A stretch of 39,989 bases of DNA from Klebsormidium nitens (lineage: Eukaryota > Plantae > Klebsormidiophyceae). The notes under the pieces were generated by a model. The model saw only the letters and a list, made by a program, of their open reading frames with translations. It made no database searches and was not told the DNA's origin. Location of the stretch: assembly GCA_000708835.1 (NCBI GenBank), contig DF237676.1:1-39989 (forward strand), written 5' to 3'. Of this stretch, positions 24,119 through 36,280 are shown piece by piece; position 1 is the first letter of the stretch; every line of letters starts with the position of its first letter. A program made the position numbers and the translations under genes.

Positions 24119-26415
24119 ATGCTCTCTGGCACCATGTATGCAATCAGGATATCTGCCATTGGCATAGGCTACATGAGTTGCTCTTTAGATTTAGGTTTAG
24201 AAATCAGAGCGATTGGTGGCTTGGTTTGTGGCGCCGCAACCTTTCGTCCTTGCGATTCGATGACTTCCTCGTCCACATTGCGGCTTGTTCACCAGGGGGG
24301 TCCTTTAGCCGCAGCCGCTGTTGCGGTCGGCTTTGGGTGCTCGGATGTTGGGTCCAAGAAGAATGCTGTGTTGCTCCACAGTCCCTCGCTGGCGGAGGCA
24401 GGGCCAGTGAGGGTCAGATTAAGCAACGAGGATCCAGGGGGGGGCAGGGAGGTGCGGTCATGGGGATGCAGGCAGGGCTTGTCCACTTCAGGCGCGGGCC
24501 CCAGCAATCACATCGGCATAGAAAGCGCATCTCAGGGGCTCAGAGGCCCTGCGCTGAACGGGGCGACCGGCCATCTTCAGCATTCGCTGCCCCTTTGGCA
24601 GAACAGGCTGCCGTCCTTCCATGATCTCAAGCCAGGGCCCATCACCCTCCCGTTTCCCAGCAGGCCTGTGCTGTCCTTTGCAAGCGGCAGCGCGGAGAGT
24701 CATGCTCCCAGGCCTGCCGTGGAGCCATGGATCTCGGACCAGAGGAGGGTTGTATCCCACCAGGAAGCATCCACGTCCGGCAGTCTCCCTGGCCTGGCAC
24801 CCGGCTCTGGCTCCCAGTCCCCCATCTTCTCCTTTCACTCCTGGCATGTCCCAGACCCCGGCAGCTTCTCGGCTGCGGACGGGGGCGTCCCGAGCGCGGG
24901 CAGCCCCCCGAAACCGCCCCTGGTGGTGGTGCTTCTGGGGTGGCTGGGGTCCAAGCAGAAGCATTTGAAGAAGTACGCGGACTGGTACACGCAGCAGGGC
25001 ATCCACTGTGTGACGTTCACCATCCCCATGGCGAGTGTACTCAGTGTGGGCAAGGGCGGCAGGGCGGAGGCGCACATCGACGAGCTGGTGGAGGAGATCA
25101 AGCACTGGGTAGTGGAGATCAACGCGGGCGCGGGCGCGGGGGAGGAGCACGCGCTCATGTTCCACACGTTCAGCAACACGGGCTGGCTCATGTACGGCGC
25201 GGTGCTGGAGAAGCTGCACAAAGAGGGCAGCCCGCTGCTGACCAAGATCCGTGGCTGTGTCGTGGACTCTGCGCCGGTGGTGGACCCAGACCCGCAGGTC
25301 AGGCGCCTAGACTCTCAATGCCAGTTGGCATATGACTGTGATGAACATGCATCACGCAGGACTGTCTGCCACGTCCGATTGACTTGCTACACTTTCGTCA
25401 ATGGGAGTACATGGAATAAGTCCAGGTCTGGTGGCGCACCGTTCACGTTCTGGTCGAAAACCTAGAACCTGTGGGTTAAGGGGCGGGGCTTGATGTCTTG
25501 TTAAGAATCAGTGAGAGGGCTGCTGAGCACTTGGGCAGCACTCAGTTTTGGTCTGCGGCTTGAAGATGACGGGGCTGAGACAGCTTTCAATGGTCAAAAC
25601 GTCGGTGTTCCGTTTCAAACATGTGGAACAAAAATGTCTCGTGGAAGTGGCGCCAGCCCTGAGCCAGCTTCCAAATCCTACTGCCGACAAATTCTGGTCC
25701 CTGTCAATGGCAAAGTCGCTCCGGTGTATCAGACTGTGTATATATCCACGTGTGTTTGGTCTCATAGATGCACAGCTTTAGACCATCTTGGTGAACCAGA
25801 CACGACAGCTGGTCCTGGTATATCTGGCCAGCTGTAGTTGTAACTTGAAAGAGGGTTTCCTTTGGGCTCATGTCGTCCAGGATTGTCCTTCAGGTGTGGG
25901 CCTCTGGCTTTGCGGCTGCCCTCTTGGGCAAGCGCAGCAGCGCCGTCCGCTACGACGACCCCGCCCCCCGCAAGCTGCCGGAGCAGCCCGCAGAGGCCCC
26001 CGAGCCCCTTCCGCGACCGCAAGCGCCCGCAAACCTGAGAGAAGCGTTCCTGCACTCGGCCCTGGAGAAGTTCTTCTCGGTGTTCCTGCAACTGCCGATC
26101 ATCCGCAAGCGCCTGGCGGAGGTGACAACCGTTCTGGCGGAGAAGCAGCCGGCCAGCCCCCAGCTGTACATCTACAGCAGCGCGGACAAGGTGATCCCCG
26201 CGCACTACGTGGAGACGTTCATTGAGGCGCAGAAGCAGCAGGGCCGCAGCGTGACGGCCAAAAACATGGAGCATTCGCCGCATGTGGACCACTTCCGCGC
26301 CAACCCCGCCGTGTACACGCAGCACCTGCGCGACTTCCTCAACAAGTGCGTGCCGCATGTGGCGGCAGCGGGGCACGCGGGACGAGGGCAGGGGACGCCA
26401 GTCGCTGAGGCGTAG
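24119..26415 (+). CDS. TMEM53: TMEM53 / DUF829 alpha/beta-hydrolase-fold protein
   Basis: Exon 1 runs to 25297 (cag|gtcagg) and exon 2 is 25894-26415, phase 0. Motifs VVVLLGWLGSKQKHLKKYADWY, FHTFSNTGW, GCVVDSAP, QLYIYSSADKVIP and SPHVDHFRANP. True ATG uncertain (24119, 24134, 24173 or 24260). Confidence 0.92.
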
Positions 26416-27610
26416 CTTTAGAGTGACTATATGCATTGCTTAACCAATGTACTGACATACGGGACTGAGCAGAGTATCAATTCTTTCACCTGGTGTCTGT
26501 TACTAATCTCCATCGCGTGTTGCTGAATTCAGCAAGAAACGTTGGGCAGTACGTTGTGCCTGTTATCTACTAGATTCCTGTAAATACACGAATTGTCTAT
26601 TCTTCGGCTATCGTAGCCAATTGATGCAGATTATTGATCACTCAGTCTCGAATAACATACTGACAAGGACTTATCAACAAGTCTTAAAAGTTTTGGACTC
26701 AGCTCTGATCTTGAGTGGAGGGAGATTGACCGGTTTCTCGAGCTGCATGGTTGTTGCATGAGCGCTCCCGGAGTCCTCGATCCCAGCACTGAGGCGCCCT
26801 AAACATAGGTTTCAGCATGATGGTCACTCTCAGCCCCTCGTGACGTATGTGCATTTGCGCCAGAGTTCTACTTACAGTATGTATATTGGCATCGTTTAAG
26901 TATATATTCCATGCATGTTATGCAGATGGATGATGTCATAGGCCCGTGTTGAAAGGCGCGCGGCATTACACTGCACATTGGGTCGCACATATGCGTGCTG
27001 CACATGTCACAGTTTCAGTATATCAGCACATGTCTAGTAACCTACCTTTACTGAGACTCAGAAGCCGAGAAAGGCATGATGCAGCCGGTGGCTTACAAAC
27101 AGTCCGCAATGCCTGGACATGCGCGCACATCTAGCATGAACTAAAGACCAGAATCTCATGCACGCGCCCTTACTAAACTCGTCACTGAAAGCGACCTCGT
27201 CACTCAGTGTGGCCGAGCACAAAGATCACAGTTTGATCCAGAAATCTCGTAGCACATGTGTGATTCTCCAAAATGGGCGGCAAAATAAAAGAGCTCGACC
27301 ACCGGTGCAGCTCGTGACGGCTGCAAGCCGCACGATAGGACTTGCAACAAGGAGCAAAGCAGTTGCACAATAGGACTTAGAAATAAGGAGCAGAGCAGCC
27401 ACACAAATCTAAGCTGTACAGTAAGTGATCATACGAGCACGGTCTGTTATATCGATTTCAAATCGTGTAGCATTACAGCGTTAACAATCTCATTCCCGTG
27501 GGCTCCCACCTTCATGCGGCAAGGCCGCCCCGCATGCCGGCACGACACTTAAACTGCCGCCCACATCACCCTCCCCAATTTCTTCCCAGTGTCGTTCTCC
27601 TGGTCGGGCA

Positions 27611-30600
27611 TCAGTACCCCAGCTTGTCATTCAGCGCAGTTCGTCCGTCGCCAGTTTGCCCTTGGGGGGGTTCCCACACGGGCTGCTCTGCCTGCTCCTC
27701 ATCCCCCTGCGCTGTCTCCACATCACTTATCCGCTTCTGCCCCGCTGCCCCCGCCCCCTTCCCGGTCCGTCCCTTGCCCTGACCGCCCACTTGAGCGCCT
27801 TCGTTCAGAGGAGTCTCTGCCGTCCCTCCACCCGCCACTGCCGCCGGCCCCGCCTCCCGTCTTTGCTTTCCTCGTGAATCCCCTTCCCCGGACCTCTCCG
27901 CTCCTCCCCTCGCCCCCTTGCTTCCGCCCTCCGTTGTGGCCTCCGGCGCTATACTTCCCCCAGTCTCCGATGCCCCGCCTCGTGCGCCCTCTTCTCCTAC
28001 AAGCCCGCCGTTGGCCGTGCTCTCGGGCTCTCCCTGATCGGCTGGCCCCGCCGCGCCCGCTGCCATTCCCCTGTCCGTTGGCTGACGCTCTCCCCTACTC
28101 GCTTCCTCGTCCTTCACTATCCGATGCTCCCCCTCTCGCGGCCGCACGGTCGCCCCCTTGCCCCCCGTGCTACCCGCCCCCTTGACTCCCCCGCCCCCAA
28201 GCGCCACCTTCGGAGCCTGTAGCAAGGCCCGGGGCTTCGGCTCCTCTTTCTTGGCGCTGCTCTCCTCCTCCGGTGCTGCCGCAACCTCTACTTTCACTGG
28301 CTCTTTGAAGGTCCTCCGAGGGACGCCCCCCGGGGCCCCTTTCTTGGGCACCCATCGCACGGCGGCCTCCCCGGTGGGGTCCGCTAGATGCAGCAGCCGG
28401 GCGATGCGCGCCGCCTCTGCATCCAGAAGCTCTAGCTCGCGCCGCAATTGTGCCAGCCGATCGCGCTCTGCACAACGCACGCACAACAGGATGAAATCGC
28501 GTCGCACCATAGCATATGGACAAAGGTGAAGAAGCGAAAGGGCTCGTCCTCCTTTTAATGCCCGATAGCCTGCTTCACACAACAGTTGTGATGTACTGGG
28601 CAGTCTGGTGGAGCCAGTGCAAAAGTTTGGCAACTAGACTGGATGCTCCAGCAATCGAGGGTTTAGGCCAGCCGCCGGTGCATCTTGGTCCTCGATCCCA
28701 ACGGCTGCACAACTTCGAACGACCACGGGAAAATCCTGCGGGCTAGCCCCCAAGCCGTTTCACAAGAATCAATCTGCGAAAGCGTGTACTTCACTAACGG
28801 CGAGCTCGAAGAAGCGGAGACTATCTGTGAACCGTGCAGCAACCGCGGCTCACCAATCTGCGTGGACACGTCGCTCATGAAGGCGTCCAGCGCATCGTCC
28901 TCGTCGTGCGCCCCCTTCCCGCCCGGCAGCGCAGCCTTGCGCTCCTCCTCCTGCCGGATCTCGTCCTCCAGAGTATCCCGCTCCCCCGCCAGCACGTCCC
29001 GCTTCTCCAGCAGCGTCTCCGCCGTCTCCACAACCGCAGCAGCCTCTACTGGGGCCGGGCCCCGTGCCGCCTTCTTCTTTTGGGCTCCGGCCCGGTTGTA
29101 AAACTCGTCCTCATCACTGCCGGGACAACAAGCTGCTTTAGGAGCGGAATGCACGTTGCAGACAGGCAGCGGAATGGCGACCCGTCCTTTCCAGCTGCCG
29201 TTCCAACAATTTGCGGCGCGTGAGACATCCGTGAGCACTCTCCAAAAAGCCAACAGAGACTTACAACAGATGAAGCCTACGAAGGCGGATATAAACGATT
29301 CGCTGTTTGACAACGTACTCAGTGCGCTTCCTTCTTGCAGCGTGTGTGTGCCTCGCACTAGAGCTGGAGCACTCTGGTAGAGCCAATTTCAGACGACGGC
29401 GGCCCTCTCAGAGGTTGCATCGCCCTCGGATGCGGCCCTCACAGCGGCTCAAAGTCACTTTCAAGCGACCGTCTGCTCCCCGGCGCGGCCTCACCTGTCC
29501 CCGTCCTCGTCGTCACTCCCGGGCCGCCCCCGCTTCTTGCCGGCTGCTGCGCGCGCAGGCCTGGCCCCCAGGCTCTCGCGGATGCTCTCGTTCAGCGTCT
29601 CCTCCATCGCCTCCAGCTCCTCGGTCAGCTCCTCCAGCCGTGCCTCGTTTCGCGCAATCTGCACGGAGGTCGGAACGACTTGTCAGGTGGTTACCAGAAG
29701 GCCGCCGGCTGACGTAAATGCTGGGAGCGGGTGTGCACTAGGAGTGTAGTCGGAGGGTGCTTCGGAGGGGCGTTGGAGGGGGTGCCAGCCAGGCAAGACG
29801 GCTCTGAGTGGGTAGCGCCAAGGTCAAGAGACGGAGACACGAGATAAGACCTGCCCGAGGGTAGTGTAATGGCTGGTTATCCGGCATCAAAGTCGTCGGA
29901 GTCTGAAACGCCTTGTTCACAGCAGGTAAGTACACGCAATGTCGACAGGAGGAAAGCGTGCTTAAATGCAGCACGCTTTGCTACAGTCTACGCCAAACCG
30001 TTTCACTTTATGCATCTCTGCAAAAGCCTGACTGGCCTGCCGTTTGGCAACTTGTGGCGGCGCTTCCCGCTTCGTGTGTGTGCCCCACCTGTGCCTGCTG
30101 GCCCGGAGTGAGGCCCCCCTGCGCAATCTCCTTGCTCTGGATGACGTCCATTTCCTTGCGCAGGTTGGCAATCTTGTCGCGCCGCTTGACCACCTTGTCG
30201 CGCGACTTCTCCTGGTTGCTCGTCAGCGGGCCTGTGTGCGTCTCCCACGTGATGCCCTCCACGTCCTCCTGCCACACGCACCGCAAGCACGTCAGACTAC
30301 GCAGTAAAAGGAATCAAAGCGAGCACAGGAAACGCACGGGCCTAGGAGCAGTTGTAGACGACCTGCACGAGTGGGCAACTCTCGAATCGTGCTCGAGAGC
30401 GCCACGCCTCGTTGAAAGCAAGCTCCCGTCCTCTGTCCGAGTTTCTCCAGCGCCCATTCAAAACTTGAAGCTGTCCGAGCCTAGTCTCGACCAGAGCGCA
30501 CAATGCAGTCGGTACCCTAAAAGCAACTGGCACCGGTCGGCGATTTGGCACGCAGCATGAACGAACGGCGAACATGGCTTCACCTGCTCTTCCTCGTCCT

Positions 30601-33600
30601 CTGCGTCGTCTGCCTGCCCCCACGTCACCTCGCCCAGCTTGGCGGCGCGAGCGCGCACCAGCGACTCCTCCGCCATCTTGGCCTCCTGCAACCACAGCAT
30701 ATGTCAGCGCACGAAACGGAGGCGAGAGCAGGCGGATAGGAGCATACGAGCATATGGCACTGCAGATTCTAATCCGAGCTCCTTGCCACATCCCCAAGAG
30801 TGTCCTGCACAACGCTGCAGGGGACCAAACATGGGTGCTGCAGGACAGTAGGCCCTCAGCTGTCCAACTTGATGCACCCTGACTGCCGTCCGGCATTCAG
30901 TCAATGACCCTTAGGAAGTCGCTTACCTGGGCAGCCTCGAGGCGCTTGAGCTGTTGCTTCTCTGCGCGTGAGAGGCCCTCCTCGGGCATCAGCTCGGCGG
31001 GGCCCTGGAAGACGTAAAGCCGGCTGGACTGCCCGAACTTGAGCACGTCGCCCACATGCACGGGAACGTACACACGCGCCTTCACCTGCGGCCCCAGCCA
31101 GCAGCAAGGGTCTCAGGTACAGGCATGGAGAGGCTGAGCGTGGATGGAGCGCCTGGCTTGAGTTCTCCGAATTGGAGCTCAAACCCAGACTGACTCGGCG
31201 CTACTCAGCGCTTTTCGAATCCACAAAGGCCGCCTGATGTAATTCGGATCACAGGACGAAACAGTCTGCGACCCAAGGAACGTACAACCGCAGCCGCGTG
31301 CTGGATCTGTCCAACAGATGGCCAGCCTGCTAGCATTTTTTTTGCATTTTCCAGACTCTGTTGTCAGTGGAGATTATGGGATCAAAATCAGGCTGAGGCT
31401 CGACTCTCCGGAACCAGAACCAGAATTCGAGCATGGATATACATATGATGGAGTCTCCGAACTAAGCCCGGTTGAGCTCTGCTTTGGAGGATCCGACTGG
31501 TCAGCTTTGTCTTTGCTGGCGGTGTCCTTCGGCCCCTCCCCCCGTCCCCTCACCTGCTTCTTATTGACGAAGGTCCCGTGCGTGCTGCCCAGGTCGAACA
31601 GCGCGGCCTCCCCCCCCTCCTTGAACTGCAGCACCGCGTGGTAGCGCGACACGGTGGCGTGCTCCAGCGGGAAGTCGGCGCGCTCGCTGCGCCCAAACAT
31701 GTAGGCGCCCTTGCGCGACACGTCCAGCTGCGCAAGCACCGCGCCCTCCTTGACCACTTCCAGCGCATACGGCTGCCCCGGGGGGGCGCTCCATGCCGGG
31801 ATCTCATACGGGGGCTGCCCGCTGGGGGCCTTGCTGACGCGAGGGGCGTCAGCCTTTGACGCGGGCACGGCCGGCTCTTTGTACATGGCCGCCGGGAACA
31901 AGGCCCGCAGCGCCGGCTCGAGCGTCTTCTGGGCTGCAGTGTCGGGGCCTGTCTCCGGTGCCACGTTCGAGGCCACGGGAGATGCGGCGGCGGCGCAAGC
32001 GGCATTGGCAAATGGGGTGCCTCCGGGCTCGTCCTGGTTGGGCGCCTGGCGGTCCTCCATCTCCTGCCCCACCAGCACTGCCGCAATCTCGTGCACAGAG
32101 TCCTCTTCGAAAGCCCGAGCGTCCGCCCCGCTTGCTGTGGCCACCGGCACCCCCGCTCCTCCTTGTTGCTCACCCTCCTTGAGAGCAGGCTCAGCGACCT
32201 CGCCCCCTCCTTCCCCCGCCCGCATTGTCGCTGCCTCTGCCTGTGGCCGCTGTGCCCCTGGTGCCGGAGCTCTTGCGGCGGAGGGGGGCCGCTGCTGTGG
32301 CACCTTGAACCCCCCTCCTGGCCGAGGGACCCCGCTCGGTCTCGACCCACCCGGGGGGGGCATGTCCGGCCGGCTTCGCGGGGGGCCCATCAGGCTGGCC
32401 TTGTTACTGGAGTGCTGCCGCACAACGGGATGAGCAGGCCGCGGCGACAGCGAGGCCGCCCCTCCTGGCTCCCCCGCACTTTCTGCCGCGGCACCCCGCA
32501 GCTCCCCGACCACGTTGCTGGCCACCCTTTCCAGCACCTCGCCGCCGTCCCGCGTCCGCTCCCCCTGCTGCTGAGATCCAGACAGAACACCGCTCTCCGC
32601 ACTTTGTATCGGCCGGGCGCCCTCACCATCCCCCGGCGCTCTGTTCAGCACGTTGCGGCTGCCTGGCCCCGTGCCCCTCACCCCACTGGTCGCACTGCGC
32701 ACCACCGCAGGCGGCTCCTTGAACCCGTGCGCCTTGCTGCTGCTCACTCGGTCCCCGTCCTGGCGCATCGCGCTGCCCGTGCTCTGCCCCGCCGCGAGTG
32801 CCTCCCCGCGGCTGTTCACCGCGGTCATTGCGCTGCTCACGGGGCCGGGGCTGGGGGTGCGGAAGCGGCCCACGCTGCTGGCGTCGCTCACGGCGGGGGC
32901 CTGCGCCGCTCCGATGATGCTGCTGGCGTCGCTGGCCTGCTTGGCCAGGCTGGACTCCTCGGGGGCCTCGTCTTGGCCACTGCGCGACGGGCGCGCTGTC
33001 GAGAGGCGGTCCTGGTGCAGAAAGAAGGCTTGAGTGAGGGAGCGACCAGAGAAGGGCACCTTTGCGATACTTCGATGGACAAATAGTCGTTAGTGAAGTC
33101 CTGAATGACAAGGCGTGACCCAGCGAAGGGCACAAGCAGTTTGAAATGTCCCAGCCAACCGCCCTGCTAAAGCGCCAAGATCTCGCAAAAGGTACCTAGA
33201 ATTTCCTCCAGTGAGACTCTGACAGGCAAGACTGAGGGACTGTCTCGACTCCTGTTTATATTCGGTCGCAATGTGACAATGACTGAAGGCTGCCAGCTTC
33301 CTTTGCCTAACCGCGCCTCACCTGCGCTTGCTCGTTTGTGTGCCCTGTTGACGAAGACGCGGCAGCCGCCAGCGCCAGGTCCGACGAGTTGTGCGCCACA
33401 CGGGACTCCCCAGACAGGCTCGCCTCCGCACGGCCCGGCGCCCCCTCCACTACACTGACGGGGGGCAGAGACAGCCGCTTGGGCTGGCGGGGGGGCGGGG
33501 GCAGCATAGCGCCAACTCGGTTGGGGCCCGCTTCTGGGCGCCCCCGGTGGGCAGAGCTCGACGCCCTCGATCCCTCGTGGCGCTTCTTGTCACTGGAGCT

Positions 33601-35084
33601 GCTGTCCGCCACCTCGCCGCCCGAGCTGCGCGACCCCGCGTTCTCATCGCTGCTGCTGCTGCTGGCGCCCCGTACTCCTGGCTGCACGCCCGAAGTCGCA
33701 TCCGCGTCGTCGCGGGGGGGCAGCCTTTTGCCGCGGTCGTCCTCGCTGGACGAAGAGCCGCTCCTCTGGGCCCCGTACTCGCGCTGCGATGCGCTGCTCT
33801 CCACATCACGGTTGCGCAGCGGGGCGCTCGCGAGGGGCCGACCAGGGAAGGGCCCGGAATGCCAGAAGCCAGCATCAGAGGGAGATGAGGAGCGGGGGCG
33901 CTTGAATGCAGAGGCGCCCTGGCCCTGGCCAGGGAGGGGGGGAGAGGCCGACCTGCAGACAAGAAACCCAGGAGGTTTCAACGAGGTGGCCAAAAGCCAC
34001 ACCCCCTCTCAGTTGCTTCTCCGCGGTGCATCTTTCCAGTCTTTCTTTGACAGTGTTTCTTCCAGCACTATGCTCAGATGCTTCCTCAAATGCTTCCCTG
34101 CAAGCATCTCTTCACACGGCCTTTGCTGCTAAAGAACGAAGGCAACTCACGAGCACAACTAAGATAGGACATGATGAACAAAACTGTCATTGAACCCTGA
34201 ATGCATTGCAGGAGAATGCAAGTGCTGTTGCATTGACTCAGAATGCAGCGCAGCTTGTAAGCAACTTGTGCAAGCAATCTCTCATGATTGGCGGATACCT
34301 TCTGGGAATTTTGATAGGTGAGCTCTGTCTCTGCGGAATGATGATGATGTTTTCATACGGGGGGGAAGATGACCGCGGCCGGCGCAGCGGGGAGCCTGCT
34401 TGGGGAAGAGGGGGCGAAGATGACCTGCAAACAATCAAGTGGTGCCGGAGGTTAAGAATCCGCTGCGCCTAATGCCTTTAGCTGTGCTCAAAAAGGGGGC
34501 CCCATGGGCTTGGGGCACTTGCCTACTGAGTTAAAACCTCTGTGACAATGCACAGTTGTACAAGTCATCAAGAAAATATTCAGACTTCTCTACAAGTGCA
34601 GAAGGAGGCGCGGCAGCCCTCACCTGCGGATGCTCAGCGGAGAGCCGTGGGGGGAGGCATGCCCGGGCCGGGGCGGGGGGGATATGGACCTGCGATAACT
34701 AGGAATGGGAGAGCCTTGCCCGGGCAGTGGGGGAGACCCTTCGCGGGCCCTCTTTCTTGCTCCGGCGTCTTGACTGGGCTGCCGAGGAGGGGGTGGCGGC
34801 ATGGAGCTGGAGCCTGTCCTCCCCGGACGAGGCGCAGGGGGGCCCATGTGACCGATCGAGATGCTGGTCTTGACAGGAGACGGGCAACGAGGAGGAGGGG
34901 AGGGGCTCTCCACATTTTGGTAATGGTGGAACGCAACATTTCGGGGCTGTGGCGAAGCGGCACCGCCTGAAGCGCTCAGTGGGGGAGAGGGTTTAGTCGG
35001 CGCAGAAGTATCGGCAGGTGGATCAGCGCCGAGATGAAATGAGTCGTTCAAAGGGTCGTCCTTCTTCTCGGAAGGTGTCGCCAT
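27611..35084 (-). CDS. SLC4A1AP: Kanadaptin/SLC4A1AP-like FHA-domain protein with very long low-complexity N-terminus, ~1446 aa
   Basis: Ten phase-consistent exons: 35084-34624, 34424-34359, 33952-33322, 33011-31554, 31085-30927, 30685-30584, 30268-30089, 29658-29495, 29116-28854, 28467-27611 (4341 nt). Features: Y.IP.WS..P lead-in, FHA domain (FGRSERADFPLEHATVSRYHAVLQF...DLGSTHGTFVN...GDVLKFGQSSRLY), coiled coils, DALDAFM and terminal GQTGDGRTALNDKLGY*. Linkage of exons 1-3 is less certain than the core. Confidence 0.88.
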
Positions 35085-36280
35085 TGCTGCATATAAGCCA
35101 CGAAGAATTGAGGAGGTGCAGGCGCTCTTTGCAAACAGCACAACAGCGGGTGCACCGTGCAGAAGATAATGCGATGCCCAGGGCCAGTGGCAGAGCCAGA
35201 GGTCGCAGGCTGCTAGCGCGCCAGGCAGATTCAACCCAAGGACTGAGATGGCATAAGCGGTGGACCAATCCAACTTTTGAATTCAGACTGTGCAAAAATG
35301 GAGATTACAATAGGCCCGCAAAAAAATAGAATAGCCTTCATATTTGAGCAGTCATAAGCAGATCGCCTTCAGCTTACGGAGGTTCTTATTGTTTTCGGTG
35401 TCGTACTGGTGCCGCCAGGGTTCGGAAGTTCTAGCCCAGCTGTTCCGCTTTCAACGCGGAACAGCGGAACAAAGCGGAACAACGTGCAGGGGCGTGGCAC
35501 CCTCGGCGCGCGAAGCGCCTCAGGCTCAAGTCATTCCCGCCTCAAGACATCAGGAGTCAGGGGGGCCCTTTCGCTCACCTTGCGCAGCTGGCCTGCCAGT
35601 GAGTGTCTTCAACTTGTTTCAACCAGCACGGTTGCCTGCAGCGGCAGATCACATGGAGCGCGAGCCCCACATTCGGCGGTTTCTTGAGTCCTGCGCAGCA
35701 CCGACCAGGTCCGCCACCCCCACCTGCCCCCGCCTCCAAAAGCGCGGCTTGCCGCAGACAATTGTCCAGCGCCATAAAGCTCTCGGTCGTCGGTTCTGCT
35801 GGTTCTTCTTGCCAAGAGTATATAGTATGCTCATCTGAGAAGCCTCAAGTGAAGCGTTCTTCCTTCCAAGGCCGCACAGAGAAGGTGGCAAGTCCGAGAT
35901 CGTGCTTTGGACGTATCCTTGGTGTGTCGGCGCAGCATTTGCACTGATGCATGCTTGTTAATTTACAATCGCTGTTTCTTTTGTTTTTTAGGCGTTGGGC
36001 AGGAAAAGTGACAAAGCGTCAGAAGAGGATGTGCGTCGCATCAACAGCAGATTGCGTGGTCACCCTCCTCGACGCACGTTTTGAAGCTCGATTCGGCGCT
36101 AGTGAGCAGTAGTACTCTTTCAGAAGCTTGCTTCGTTGTAGACTGCGATTGCAGGCTGCGAAGCGTGAACGGGCCTGATCGTGTCTTTCGGAAGTCATTA
36201 GTTCCTATCAGGAAGGTTGAGACGAAGGTTGAGGGGTGTCGATCCGTCCCCTAACCTACCTCCGTCAACTTCGTCGGAGA

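Noticed and set aside
24488-25335. Overlapping ORFs across TMEM53 exon 1
   Set aside because: Shadow or alternative frames of a GC-rich exon with no recognisable domains.
27589-28529. Pro-rich extensin-like + strand ORFs
   Set aside because: Antisense to the Gly/Glu-rich last exon of kanadaptin.
32091-34132. Long + strand ORFs (331 aa and 264 aa)
   Set aside because: Antisense shadows of GC-rich kanadaptin exons.
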